Below are positions 12,731-24,132 of a stretch of DNA of 64,000 bases, piece after piece. Origin of the DNA: Ascoidea asiatica JCM 7603 (Eukaryota > Fungi > Ascomycota). Each line of letters begins with the position of its first letter. Position 1 is the first letter of the stretch. The stretch lies in the NCBI GenBank assembly GCA_001600695.1, contig BCKQ01000003.1, positions 1,028,654 to 1,092,653 on the forward strand. Reading direction: 5' to 3'. A program made the translations under genes and the position numbers. The notes beneath the pieces are model-generated. The model was not told the DNA's origin. It worked only from the letters and a program-made list of their open reading frames with translations, and did no database searches.

Positions 12731-15700
12731 ATGAAACCCTTGCAGATAGATGGTACTGAACCAAAGCTTTTAAATCATAAATCAAGTATTGATGACAACA
12801 AATCTGTAACTACAACTATAGCATCAGAATCAGAACAACAAGATTTAGAAAGTGAAAAGGACAAAAGTAGTATGAACATAAAAGACAATCAGTTAAATGC
12901 AAACTTTTTGAATCAAAATGATCACAATTCATTTGAAAAAGATAGTCAAACAATAATAAATCAGACCAAATCAGATTCACTAATGAAAGTGATAAAGTCT
13001 AATAAAATTCAAGAACCAGTAACAGATGAACTTTCAAAACCTGATTCTTCGAAAGGGACAACAGATGAGGACAAAGACTTAGATAAAGGTAAAGCTGCAA
13101 ACCCTTCAACAACCAATTGTGATAAAGATTTAAAGCAAAACAACGGTTCAATAAGTCTTACTGAGAATAAAAATAATTCTAATGAGCTTGATAATGAGCT
13201 TATTGATCAAAAATCTATTGGGAAAAGCTCAGATGGAAGATTGGCTTCGTCATCATCAGAAGGACAATCTGAGTATGCTTATGAAGACTCTTATAATTAT
13301 GAAGAAGATGAGGAAATAGAGGAGCCACCAAAATTAAAATATTCCAGATTAACTGGATTGCCTCCTGCATTTTTTGTCAAGGATCCTGTTTCAACATGTT
13401 TATTTCATGAATCTATATTTGCATTTGCTACGCATTCTGGTGTTTTACACTTAGCTAATCCTGATTTCACACCAATAAGGACAGTGCGAATTCACAAAGC
13501 ATCTATTTTATCAATTCATACTGATGGTCTTTTTATTGCAACAGCTTCAATGGATGGTACTGTTGTTATTGGTTCAATAAAAGAACCCACGGATATTACA
13601 AGATTTGATTTCAAAAGACCTGTACATTCAGTTGTAATTGATAAAAACTATAAACTGTCAAGAATATTTATTTCAGGTGGAACTGCTGGAAAAGTAATTT
13701 TATCTCATAGAAATTGGTTAGGGTCCAGAATTGACACTGTAATAGACGAAGGAAATGGTCCAATAGTTGCTATTGAAAGAATTGATGAAATTGTTTTATG
13801 GATGAATGATAATGGTATTTCGATATTTAATGTACCTACAAGAACTATTATTTTAACAATACCGAGACCAGAGAATTCTCCAAGGGCAGATCTTTATTGG
13901 CCCAGGTGTAATTTCACAGAAACAAATCGATTAATAATTGGTTGGGCTGATCATATATGGTCAGTAAAAGTAACAATAATAAAATCTGTTGAGCCTAATA
14001 GGTCAATACTTACATCGGCAGCCTCTTCCTTTAGAGCGCCACCAACTGAAAGAAAAGCGGAAATCGAAAGTGTCTTTCAAATTGATTGTTTAGTAGCTGG
14101 TCTTGCATCTTTTAAGGATGATTTATTGATGATTTTAACATATTTACCACCTGAAAAAGGACCAAAAGGAATTAAAGCATTTCCACCAGAAATACGATTG
14201 ATTTCTGCTTCAACAGGTGAAGAAGCTGCTGCTGATGAAGTGACAGTGAAAGGATTTGAAGCATTAGGTTTAAATGATTATCATTTAGGACAATATATTG
14301 GTTTAAATTCCACAAAATATTTTTTGATAAGTGCCAGAGATGGTGTTGTTGCGGAAGAGTTTAATTTAAATGATAGATATAATTGGTTTTTAGAGAGAGA
14401 AGATTATTATGAAGCATGGTTAATGAGTGAACATTTAGTAAATGCTCAAAAGAGATCAGAAATTGGTTTAAAAGAAGTAGATAAATTGATTTTAGATGAT
14501 AAATGGGAAGTTGCTTCAAAAATTTTAAAAAAAGTTTTATTTATAGGGTTTTTACCTCCAGATGATTCAGAAGTTGAATTAACAGAATTTCAAAAATTTA
14601 TTTTAAAAAAATGGGAAGAATATACTTGGAAATTTATTCAAAATGATAAATTAGAAATAATTTCAAATAAAATACCGTTTGAAAATTTAAAATTCAAGTT
14701 AAATCGTAAAATTTATGAAACAATTTTAGCATATTTTTTAGAAAATGATCGAGATGAATATTTAAAATTAAGTTCAAAATGGAATACATCATTATATGAT
14801 ATAAAACATATAGCAACATTATTAGAAGAAAAAATTAAATACGGTAGTTTTAATAATAAAGAAGAAGAAGATAAAGAATATGAAGATGGAGATTTAAATT
14901 TAAGAGAAATATTATCAAGTTTATATATTGAAATGCAAGAAATTGAATTAGCTATTCCACATTTGTTAATTTTAAAAGATAAGAATTTATTATATTTAAT
15001 TGCAAAAAATCATTTATTAAGTGAATTTATTAATGATATACCACAAATATTATTAAATGAATTAAGTGAAGAGGAAATTGAAGAAGCACCAATTGATTAT
15101 TTAAAAGATAAATTAAAAAATTTAATTGATATTTTAATAAATAATAGAAGAGAATTAAAACCAGAGAAAATAATTGAAGTTTTTAAAAAAAATGAAAAAA
15201 TTAAAAGTGGATATTTTTTATATTTAGAGAAATTATTTAAAATTGAAGATTGTAAAAAATTTGAAAATGAAATGATTGAATTATTATCAATATATTGCGC
15301 TAGTTCAGAAGAGAATATTAAGAGAAAAAAAAGCAAAGCTAATATAAGAAATGATAATGATAATGACAAGAAAAAGAAGAATAATAAACATACGAATAAT
15401 AAGAATGAAAACCTTGAGAATGATAATGAAGATTTTAATAATAATGATAATAATAGTGAAGATAGTAATAATATAGGAAATAATGGAGGAAATGGTATTG
15501 GAAATGGTATTGGAAATGGAGAATTATTAAAATTTTTAAAAAATCGAAATAATTATAATATTGAAAAAGCTATAAAAATTTGTGAAAATGGAGAATTTAT
15601 TGATGAATTAGTTTATTTATTATCAAAAGTTGGACAAAACAAAAAAGCATTGATGATAATAATTGAAAAGAAAAAAAATGTAAAAGATGCAATATTTTTC

Positions 15701-16447
15701 ACGAAATATGAAAAAGATAAAGAATTATGGGATTATTTATTAGATTATTCAATGGATAAACCAATTTATATTAGAACAATAATTGAATTAGCTGGAAATA
15801 TTATTGATCCAATTAATTTAATTAAAAAAATTCCAGAAGGAGTTAAAATTGAAGGATTAAATGAAACATTATATAATATTACATTAAATAATGAAATTAA
15901 TTTAATTTTAAATTATAAAATTCTAAAAATTGTTGAACATGAAAGTGAGAAAATTGGTAAAAATTTTGAATATTTAAAAAATAGAGGATATGGAATTTGT
16001 ATTGAAGATAATAGAGAACTAATTGATAAATTTGATACATTAATCAAACCAATTAAAAGTTTCAAAACTCAATTTAATTCAAATGATAATTCAAATGATA
16101 ATGATAATAATAGTCATATGGATGATAATTATGATAAAGAAAATGGTAATAGAGATAAAGGAAATATGGATAAAAATAATAATGATAAAGATTTAATTAA
16201 AAAAGAAGAAGGAACTGGAAATATTGGAGGATTATCAATAGTTAGTAAAATTGAAGAAGATATTAATGATGAAGATTATTTACATGAAATTTATAATAAT
16301 GGTGGAGAATTAATTACAGAAAGTGATTTATTAGGAGAAAATGAAATTTGGAAAGGTTTTACAAAAGGTTTAGCAGAAAAATTAACTCATTTAGCATATA
16401 TTAAAGAAAAATTAAGAATCAAAAATCTTACAAAGCTTGGAAAATAA
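12731..16447 (+). CDS. VPS41: HOPS complex subunit Vps41
   Basis: Typical motifs EEPPKLKYSRL, ATASMDGTVVIGS, FISGG..RNWLG and LIIGW, plus a C-terminal clathrin-repeat region (ELVYLLSKVGQNKKAL..ELWDYLLDYS). Confidence 0.95.
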   Translation: MKPLQIDGTEPKLLNHKSSIDDNKSVTTTIASESEQQDLESEKDKSSMNIKDNQLNANFLNQNDHNSFEKDSQTIINQTKSDSLMKVIKSNKIQEPVTDELSKPDSSKGTTDEDKDLDKGKAANPSTTNCDKDLKQNNGSISLTENKNNSNELDNELIDQKSIGKSSDGRLASSSSEGQSEYAYEDSYNYEEDEEIEEPPKLKYSRLTGLPPAFFVKDPVSTCLFHESIFAFATHSGVLHLANPDFTPIRTVRIHKASILSIHTDGLFIATASMDGTVVIGSIKEPTDITRFDFKRPVHSVVIDKNYKLSRIFISGGTAGKVILSHRNWLGSRIDTVIDEGNGPIVAIERIDEIVLWMNDNGISIFNVPTRTIILTIPRPENSPRADLYWPRCNFTETNRLIIGWADHIWSVKVTIIKSVEPNRSILTSAASSFRAPPTERKAEIESVFQIDCLVAGLASFKDDLLMILTYLPPEKGPKGIKAFPPEIRLISASTGEEAAADEVTVKGFEALGLNDYHLGQYIGLNSTKYFLISARDGVVAEEFNLNDRYNWFLEREDYYEAWLMSEHLVNAQKRSEIGLKEVDKLILDDKWEVASKILKKVLFIGFLPPDDSEVELTEFQKFILKKWEEYTWKFIQNDKLEIISNKIPFENLKFKLNRKIYETILAYFLENDRDEYLKLSSKWNTSLYDIKHIATLLEEKIKYGSFNNKEEEDKEYEDGDLNLREILSSLYIEMQEIELAIPHLLILKDKNLLYLIAKNHLLSEFINDIPQILLNELSEEEIEEAPIDYLKDKLKNLIDILINNRRELKPEKIIEVFKKNEKIKSGYFLYLEKLFKIEDCKKFENEMIELLSIYCASSEENIKRKKSKANIRNDNDNDKKKKNNKHTNNKNENLENDNEDFNNNDNNSEDSNNIGNNGGNGIGNGIGNGELLKFLKNRNNYNIEKAIKICENGEFIDELVYLLSKVGQNKKALMIIIEKKKNVKDAIFFTKYEKDKELWDYLLDYSMDKPIYIRTIIELAGNIIDPINLIKKIPEGVKIEGLNETLYNITLNNEINLILNYKILKIVEHESEKIGKNFEYLKNRGYGICIEDNRELIDKFDTLIKPIKSFKTQFNSNDNSNDNDNNSHMDDNYDKENGNRDKGNMDKNNNDKDLIKKEEGTGNIGGLSIVSKIEEDINDEDYLHEIYNNGGELITESDLLGENEIWKGFTKGLAEKLTHLAYIKEKLRIKNLTKLGK

Positions 16448-17519
16448 TGAAATGGTTATGAAATTGATAAAAAAATGATTGAAATTGTATATTTAAAACT
16501 CCAAAAGACAATACAAAATTTAACAAATATCAATCCATCAATAGATATAATAGATATAAATACACAGTAATAGTAATAACAACCCTGAGTAGAAAACCGC
16601 GGAAGTGATGATATAACCGGGTATCCGGAACCCATGGCAAGTTGACGACCGTTGACGACCTTGTTCGGATCCCTGATCTGGAAGAGACACAAACGAGGGG
16701 ACTCGCCAGGCCGGTTCTCGGTTTTAACAGGCAGATTATCGATATTCTGTTACGGAACTCAGTTTGGTCACACTGTGGTGTCCGGAAATAACTAACCGAC
16801 CAAGGTCTGTCAAAAGAAAGACCCGCTTTTCCTGAGAAGTGCGTCCCGCTGTTGTGTTGAGTAGATTCAAAGCAGAAAATGTGCGGCTTTTAAAGTAAAA
16901 TCAGTTGTTATTGGTCAGAATAGTGGCTCGTGGGTAGAAATAAAAGAAACGGGGCAATCAAACAAGACTCAGAGTTATCCCAAAGATGTGAGACTGGAAT
17001 CAGAAAACACCCGATTTGGCGGCTGAAAATCGGTTTGGAGCTCGAAACAGTAAATGCGATGAAAACAAAAGGAGCAACCCGGTTTTGCGAGTGGGATCTG
17101 ACCGGAAAGAGGCGAGAGTCCATGAAGTTAGTTTTGTGCCAGTGATAAGAATCGAAGAAGCAGCAACTGAGTTCAATGAGTTTACCATGCTAAAGCGTGA
17201 GTGAAACTGAGTGAAGTTGAGTTCCGCTCCACTTTCGGTTGGTTTCTGGGTTATAACCGGGCGCTTGAGTCAGCCTTGACTTTGACTACCGCACCGTATA
17301 AAAAGTGTTTCACCCCCGGTTCTCTTTCCTCTTTGCTCATGGCAATTTTAATCCATATTACTTTAGTATTATTATTAATTTTATTATTATTTTTTTCTAT
17401 TTTCATTGGTAAATATTGAATTAGATTTTTATATATATATTGATATTTACTGTTTTTGAATAAACTCTAGTCTTCATTTCAATTAAAAAAGAATTCTCAA
17501 AGTATTTCGTTTCTTTGCC

Positions 17520-19607
17520 ATGTCTTCAAATGCAGAAATTGAATCAACTTTAAGTCAAGCTTTAAAAAATTTCAATGCTCCTTTTGAGAATCCATCAAAT
17601 AAAAATAATTCAAATAATAATTCTAGTTTGACTGCTGTTACTTCAGTCAATTCTCCAACAGTTGAGAGCAGGACTCTTAAAAGTGAAAATAATAATAATA
17701 ATAATATTACAACTAATAGTATCAGTAATACCAACAGTAACAATAACAACCATTCTGAAAATAATGTTCATTCAACTCCAATTTCAAATCAAATTCGTAT
17801 TCGAAATTTAGATCAAAATGATACTCCTAAGGTTAAAAGTCACTCAAAAAGATTACAAGGAATACCTGGATTATCAGTAATTAAAGGTTTATCAAATATG
17901 AATTCAATTCATCCTTCAATTCCAACAATGCAATCCGCAACTGTAATATCTCAACATTCTCCAAATAATCAAAATCAATCAACTTCAAATCAAAATCATT
18001 CAACTCCAAATCATCAATATAATACAACTCAAAGAAGAGCAAGAATAAATAAACCTGGTCAAAGATTTGGTGCAAAAAAAAAAAGTTGGGTTTGGAATTG
18101 GTTTATTCAAGATGAAGAAGATCCAAATAATGCAACTTGTGATTTTTGTAATAAATTAATTATTAGATTACCAAGTGATAAAGGTTCTCCAAAAAAATTA
18201 TGTGAACATTTAAAAACTCATAGAATTACAAAAGATACTTTAAATCAAAGAAGATCTTCTTTTATACAAGATGATAATGATACTATTAATTCTTTAACTA
18301 ATATTAATAATATCAATTCACTTAATCCAATAAATAATTTAAATAATTTAAGTAATATGAATAATTTAAATAATTTAAATAACTTAAGCAATATAAATAA
18401 TATGAATAATATGAGCAATATGAATAACATAAGTAATATGAATAGCATGAATAATATCAATAATCTCACCAGTTCAAATTTCATTAATAGTAGTACATCT
18501 GGAACTCAACTTATTTCCAATTCTAATTCAAATTCAAATTCAAATACACATTCAAATGCAAATACTTCTGCGAATACTAATTCAGAATCAAATCCAAATT
18601 CAAATTCAAATTCAAATCACAACAATAATAATAATACTTCCTCAAATAATAATATGAATATGAGTTTCACTAATTCTTCTAATAAAGGTAATGATAATCA
18701 TGCTGCTATCAATGCCATTAATAAAACAAATTTGCTTTTACATTCAATTTCTGGTATAAAAACTGAAAATAATAATAATACCACTACCGCCAATAACAAC
18801 AATAGTAATAATAACAATAATAATAATAATGATACTAATAATATGCCATTGGGTTTACTAGGTATGAATAGAACTGTACCATTTTTAGATCATAAAGAAT
18901 TTGATAATAGTAATTATACACAAATGAAATTTCATAAAAATATAATGAATTTTTTAACTGAAAATAAATTACCAATAAAAGTTGTAAAAACTCCAAGTTT
19001 TAGACAATTAATTTATACTTTAAAACCACAAAGTGTTTTAGATTTAAATGAATTAAATAATTTATATTCTTCTTTATTACAAGTTATTAAAAATGATCAT
19101 AGAGTTCCTGATGAATATCAAATTAATCCAAATAATTCAATTAATAATGATGTTGATGTATCTTTAAATGATGTTAATACTATCAATGATGTTAATACTG
19201 TTCATAATAATGATAATAATAATAGTGATCATAGTAATGAACATAACATTGAACAAAATATTGATCCTAATATTGAACAAAGTAACAATAATAATAACGA
19301 TAATAATAATATTTCCAAGAATGATAGCAATGAAACTGATGTTGATCTCGATGATGTTAATAATCCTAGTATTCTCAATGCTGTAAGTATTGTAAGTAAT
19401 ATGACTAATTCAAATGAAGTCAATGATGATACTGATGCTAATGTCCTCACAAATACTAATAATAATCTCAATGATGGTGATGAGGACCTCAATAATGTCA
19501 ATAATTCAAACATCACCACTAACGATCAAGATATCAACGATACTTCAAATAATAATGGAAACTCCAATGGAAATAATAATAACACAAATGCTACTTCATG
19601 GATTTAA
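17520..19607 (+). CDS. BED zinc-finger protein with a hAT-like helical domain, Asn-rich
   Basis: KKSWVWNWF..ATCDFC..LCEHLKTH is a BED finger. FLTENKLPIKVVKTPSFRQLIYTLKP resembles the motif that follows BED in hAT transposases. Confidence 0.85.
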   Translation: MSSNAEIESTLSQALKNFNAPFENPSNKNNSNNNSSLTAVTSVNSPTVESRTLKSENNNNNNITTNSISNTNSNNNNHSENNVHSTPISNQIRIRNLDQNDTPKVKSHSKRLQGIPGLSVIKGLSNMNSIHPSIPTMQSATVISQHSPNNQNQSTSNQNHSTPNHQYNTTQRRARINKPGQRFGAKKKSWVWNWFIQDEEDPNNATCDFCNKLIIRLPSDKGSPKKLCEHLKTHRITKDTLNQRRSSFIQDDNDTINSLTNINNINSLNPINNLNNLSNMNNLNNLNNLSNINNMNNMSNMNNISNMNSMNNINNLTSSNFINSSTSGTQLISNSNSNSNSNTHSNANTSANTNSESNPNSNSNSNHNNNNNTSSNNNMNMSFTNSSNKGNDNHAAINAINKTNLLLHSISGIKTENNNNTTTANNNNSNNNNNNNNDTNNMPLGLLGMNRTVPFLDHKEFDNSNYTQMKFHKNIMNFLTENKLPIKVVKTPSFRQLIYTLKPQSVLDLNELNNLYSSLLQVIKNDHRVPDEYQINPNNSINNDVDVSLNDVNTINDVNTVHNNDNNNSDHSNEHNIEQNIDPNIEQSNNNNNDNNNISKNDSNETDVDLDDVNNPSILNAVSIVSNMTNSNEVNDDTDANVLTNTNNNLNDGDEDLNNVNNSNITTNDQDINDTSNNNGNSNGNNNNTNATSWI

Positions 19608-20335
19608 TAATCCAATCCTTTATATCCTTTTAATTTTTATTCTTTTCTTGTCTTTTCTTTCTTTTTTTAGTTCTTCTCTCAATACTTCTTCTGTCTGTAT
19701 TAATCCACGTCTATTTTATTGTCTTCTTTCCTTGCGCTTCTTCTTCCACAATTGTAAACAACCCTTTATTGTAAAAAGTAAACAACGCCAAATTTTATAT
19801 TTTTTTCAACACCAAAACACAAACAAACAAAACAAACAAACCGGAACTCTATTAAACACATGATTAAACACTTTCTTGCTGTGCCGGGATGCTGAGCTCC
19901 GTTTCAATCTCATAAAACTTTGTTCATACGAATTTTGTCTTGGTTTTTGATTTTGAATTTTTGGTTTTTTGGTTTTCTTTTAGGAACAATAAATAAAATA
20001 ATTGTTAACGTTAAATAACTCAAACTCCAGAATAATATCAAATTCAAATTCAAATTCAATTATTATCAAAGCTTTATTCAATCTTCTACTAATTTCTCAA
20101 TTAGTTATTATAAATCCTACTCATATAATATATATTACAATACATCTTATCAAAATTCACTGATATTACAAATATTATATTTCAAACTAATCTCCTATTC
20201 ATAGATTAGCTCACTATCCCAACTTTTTTTTTTTTTTTTTTTTTTTTACAATAAATATAAATCATTATATAAAAGACAATTCGTTAAGTTAATTTTGTCT
20301 GAACTACCTAAAAGCTATCAGAAAGATATTAAGGT

Positions 20336-23300
20336 ATGAATAAAATTAATAGCAAGCTTAATAAATCTTTAAAACGTGTGAACGCGTTACATAAACAAAT
20401 TTATAAAAATAATATAATTATTGATAGACTTATTTATTCAAATAAATTAGTTTCTGAGAACTTACTTGGAATACAAGAAGAACTTATGGAAATTAAAAAT
20501 TTCTGTCAAAGTAATAATATAAATACAAATTCTAAAAAAAATAATCAAAAAGGAAATAATTCGAAAAATCAAACAGGCAAAAATAAAAATAAGAATACTA
20601 AAAGCCTCGAGCACGATAAAGAAGATCTGGAGAAAGAAATAGAAGTAATAGAGGAAGAATCAGAGGAAAGTTCAGACTCTGAGCCAGAAAGTGAAGAAAA
20701 TGATGATATAAGTAATGACAATATTAATAACAACTATAATAATTCTAAAGCTTTAGTTAGAATATCAAACTCAAAACTAGATAATTCTAGTAAACAGTTA
20801 CATCAAGTGAATAACCAATTAGCAATTGGATATTTAAAAGATAACACATTCTCTAATCTAGATTTCAATCCAAATAATAACTCAAATCCAAATCCTTTTG
20901 AAATTTCAAATGAAAAACAAAATGATAATAAACATTCCGATATTTCAATTCAAGAAAATTATATATTAGAATTATCTAATAAAACTCCAAAACGATTAAC
21001 TAGAGCTTTAACGAAAAAATTATTAACTCCAGATATTGAAAATCCAAATAATATTACAAATGATATTATAAATGATCAAGAAAATAGCATATTGAATAAT
21101 GATCAAATACATAGTGTGAATTATGGTAAACAGTTTAAACCTGGTGATTTTGTTCTAGCTAAAGTTCTTACATACCCACCTTGGCCATCATATATAATTC
21201 CTGAAAAACAAATACCCGCATTTTTATGGGAAAAAAGATCTAATTTTATTATCTCACAAGGAAATACTCAAGGAACTTTAATTCCAATTGTAATGTTTGC
21301 AGATATTTCTTATTATTGGTGCCAAGAAAGTGATTTAACTATAATAAATTTAAATTCTAAAAAAATCATGATGAAAAATTGTTTAGATAGATTAATTCCT
21401 GCAGTAGAATTATTTGAACAAAATTTTGAAAAAGAAAGATCAGCATTGAATATGGAAAAAATTTCATTTTTAAGAAAAAGACAGCGGGATCAAGATTATA
21501 GAAATTATAAAGCAAATCGTCAATTAATATTGGCTTATCAACAAGCTACAAATTGTCAAGACCTTGAAGATTTCTGTAAAAATTATATGCATTCTAAGTT
21601 AATAAATGGAAAAAAATCTCGACATTCAAAAAATGAAGTATCGAAAAAAACAAATGGAATTAATGAGAATTTAAATAATAAAATATTACCAAAGAAAGGT
21701 AAAAAAAGAGGAAGAAAACCAAAAAAGAATATTGATTCAGATGAACATTTAGATAATCTAGATCTCGATTTTGATTTTGAATTTAATTATCATCCTACAA
21801 AAGCCAGACACTTAACAGTAGAAAATTTAAATGCTCATAGGCAACAACTATTGATTACAAATGAATCACCAAATCCATCAAATCAACTAGAAGATCTAGA
21901 AGGAAAAGATTATGTCAGTATAAGTAGTGATACTGATTCTGAAAGTGATTTTTCTATTCTGTCTGTTATTCCAACTAAAAATTTAAGATCTCGACCATTA
22001 GATTCTCTGACAAATGGGACTTCTACCAAAACTAATAATCCGAAAGAAAATAACAATCAATTGACTTTAACAAACTTCTTTTCAACTCATACAGATGATA
22101 TTGATTCAGATAATTTTAGTGATATAAGTATGAACTCCGACAGCGACTTTATGGACGACAGTGATAATTCTCAAAATAATATAACCACAAATAATAATAA
22201 CAATCAAAATGTGACTCATTCAATATCTTCTAACTCGGATCAATTGTCATCTAAAAGTAACATTTTAGAGAATGGGCTTCAAAAAGATACTGAAGATGAA
22301 GAAGATGATGATAGTGATGTAGAGCCTGTTGATAAAGATACCTATAATAACACCGTTAATAATGTGGCATTGACCTCTAGTAAAAATATCGCACATCAAA
22401 TAGAATCTGAACAAACTGAAATTACTTCTGCAGAAAACATCAATAATAAAGAAAGCATTAATGATGACTTTATTAATGATAATAATAATAGAAATATTTC
22501 TCATACTAATAGTTCTACAGGTAATAAAAGAAAAAGTGTTAGATTTATACCGAATGAAAATATTCAATTAGAAAACAATGAACTTGTGAATAATAATGAG
22601 GTTGTTCCAAATGAAAAACCAAGCAATAATGATGAGCCTTTACTAAATAATGACATCCAATTGCCATTACATAATTATCCTTTTAATAGCAATAATTCAG
22701 ATATTAATGAAGTAGATATTGGATTTCAAGAGGAGTTTATAGAAACAAATATTTCTAATATTAATTCCACAAATGATAAGCCTGATTCAGAAGATAATAA
22801 CCCTCATTTTGATGAAAGTTTAAGTAGAATTTATAATGGAAAACAAGATATAAACATAAATAGAGAAAGTACAAATGATGAAAATCGTCAATTTTTAATT
22901 ACTGATCCATTAATTTTAGTTAAGAGAAATATAAATCAAAGTAATCTTAAAATAAATTCACCAACAAAAAATAATTTTCCATCAAATACCATTGATTCAA
23001 TTACTAAAGAATTTGATTATCATACTGGTTTTGAATCTTATTTTGGAGAAAGTAAGAACTTACAAATACCTTCTACATTTAATAATTCAAAAACCACAAA
23101 TACTAATTTTAATACTCCTGGATTTAATCCTAGTGATTTTCTTGTTGATTATTCTGAGCAGACGAGTAATTCTAATATTGAAAGTACTGCTAATATGAAT
23201 TTATCTATTGAAAATAATGCTCCTGTTAATAAAAATTCATTGATTGAGACTATAATATCACAAAATTCAGTTTCTAATAATAGTATTGTACAAACAAATA

Positions 23301-23809
23301 ATATTGAGTCATCAAGCTTAGTGATACCAAATGAAATACTAAAAAGTATAACGGATCATATTGTCACAATTGAAAACAAATCTTTGGAAGAAGATGTACA
23401 AAAAAAAGAGGAAAAAAATAATGAAAATAATAAAAATAATGAACAAAATGAAAAAAATGAAAAAAATGAAGAATCAAATGAAAAGACAAAAAACATTTCA
23501 ATACAAAATTCAAATGAACAGTCAAATGTAAGTTCAAATGAAAAATCAAATGAAGACTATATTGATCTTACCAGTGAAAAAAGCTTAGTAAATTCAAATA
23601 TTCAAAAAGTGGTAGAAAATGCTGAAAAGACAAATGAAAGCTCGGAACCTTTAACGAGTTATAATATTGAATTAGAAACTAATAGAGGAAGTTTGACTCC
23701 TGATTCAAGTAATATAAGTAATCCTCAAAGTAGAACGAGAAATAGAATCCATAGTGATGCTGCCTTTGCTATTCCAAAAAGAATGAAATTAAATCCAATA
23801 AAAAGTTGA
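20336..23809 (+). CDS. PWWP-domain chromatin protein (Ioc4/Pdp3-like PWWP) with an AT-hook-like basic motif
   Basis: FKPGDFVLAKVLTYPPWPSYII..VMFADISYYW is a PWWP domain; KKRGRKPK follows. The rest is acidic or Asn-rich low-complexity sequence. Confidence 0.85.
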   Translation: MNKINSKLNKSLKRVNALHKQIYKNNIIIDRLIYSNKLVSENLLGIQEELMEIKNFCQSNNINTNSKKNNQKGNNSKNQTGKNKNKNTKSLEHDKEDLEKEIEVIEEESEESSDSEPESEENDDISNDNINNNYNNSKALVRISNSKLDNSSKQLHQVNNQLAIGYLKDNTFSNLDFNPNNNSNPNPFEISNEKQNDNKHSDISIQENYILELSNKTPKRLTRALTKKLLTPDIENPNNITNDIINDQENSILNNDQIHSVNYGKQFKPGDFVLAKVLTYPPWPSYIIPEKQIPAFLWEKRSNFIISQGNTQGTLIPIVMFADISYYWCQESDLTIINLNSKKIMMKNCLDRLIPAVELFEQNFEKERSALNMEKISFLRKRQRDQDYRNYKANRQLILAYQQATNCQDLEDFCKNYMHSKLINGKKSRHSKNEVSKKTNGINENLNNKILPKKGKKRGRKPKKNIDSDEHLDNLDLDFDFEFNYHPTKARHLTVENLNAHRQQLLITNESPNPSNQLEDLEGKDYVSISSDTDSESDFSILSVIPTKNLRSRPLDSLTNGTSTKTNNPKENNNQLTLTNFFSTHTDDIDSDNFSDISMNSDSDFMDDSDNSQNNITTNNNNNQNVTHSISSNSDQLSSKSNILENGLQKDTEDEEDDDSDVEPVDKDTYNNTVNNVALTSSKNIAHQIESEQTEITSAENINNKESINDDFINDNNNRNISHTNSSTGNKRKSVRFIPNENIQLENNELVNNNEVVPNEKPSNNDEPLLNNDIQLPLHNYPFNSNNSDINEVDIGFQEEFIETNISNINSTNDKPDSEDNNPHFDESLSRIYNGKQDININRESTNDENRQFLITDPLILVKRNINQSNLKINSPTKNNFPSNTIDSITKEFDYHTGFESYFGESKNLQIPSTFNNSKTTNTNFNTPGFNPSDFLVDYSEQTSNSNIESTANMNLSIENNAPVNKNSLIETIISQNSVSNNSIVQTNNIESSSLVIPNEILKSITDHIVTIENKSLEEDVQKKEEKNNENNKNNEQNEKNEKNEESNEKTKNISIQNSNEQSNVSSNEKSNEDYIDLTSEKSLVNSNIQKVVENAEKTNESSEPLTSYNIELETNRGSLTPDSSNISNPQSRTRNRIHSDAAFAIPKRMKLNPIKS

Positions 23810-24132
23810 TATGAAATGAAATATTACATAAAATAACTATATTATGTTATGAAATATTATACGTATTTATATTTTTACCGAAGTTGCTAAAAATAATTTA
23901 TCTCAGAGTTCTTAATCATTATTGCTAGTTTTTATTTATTTATTTAATTTTTTTTTTTTTTTGTTTGATATTATTTTTTAAATTCAATTTTTATTTGGAG
24001 TGAGAAAGATCGTTTATGAATCCAGGCGGAAAAAGAAGTATTTGAAATACTTTTTTTGTATAATATAAAAGTTTTAAACTTTTTAACAATTTATTAGTGT
24101 ATTATAGTTAATTATTTATATAAAATGTATTT

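Noticed and set aside
16908-17419. Overlapping short ORFs on both strands
   Set aside because: They arise from low stop-codon density in a GC-rich island, mostly have non-ATG starts, and do not match the codon usage of the real genes.
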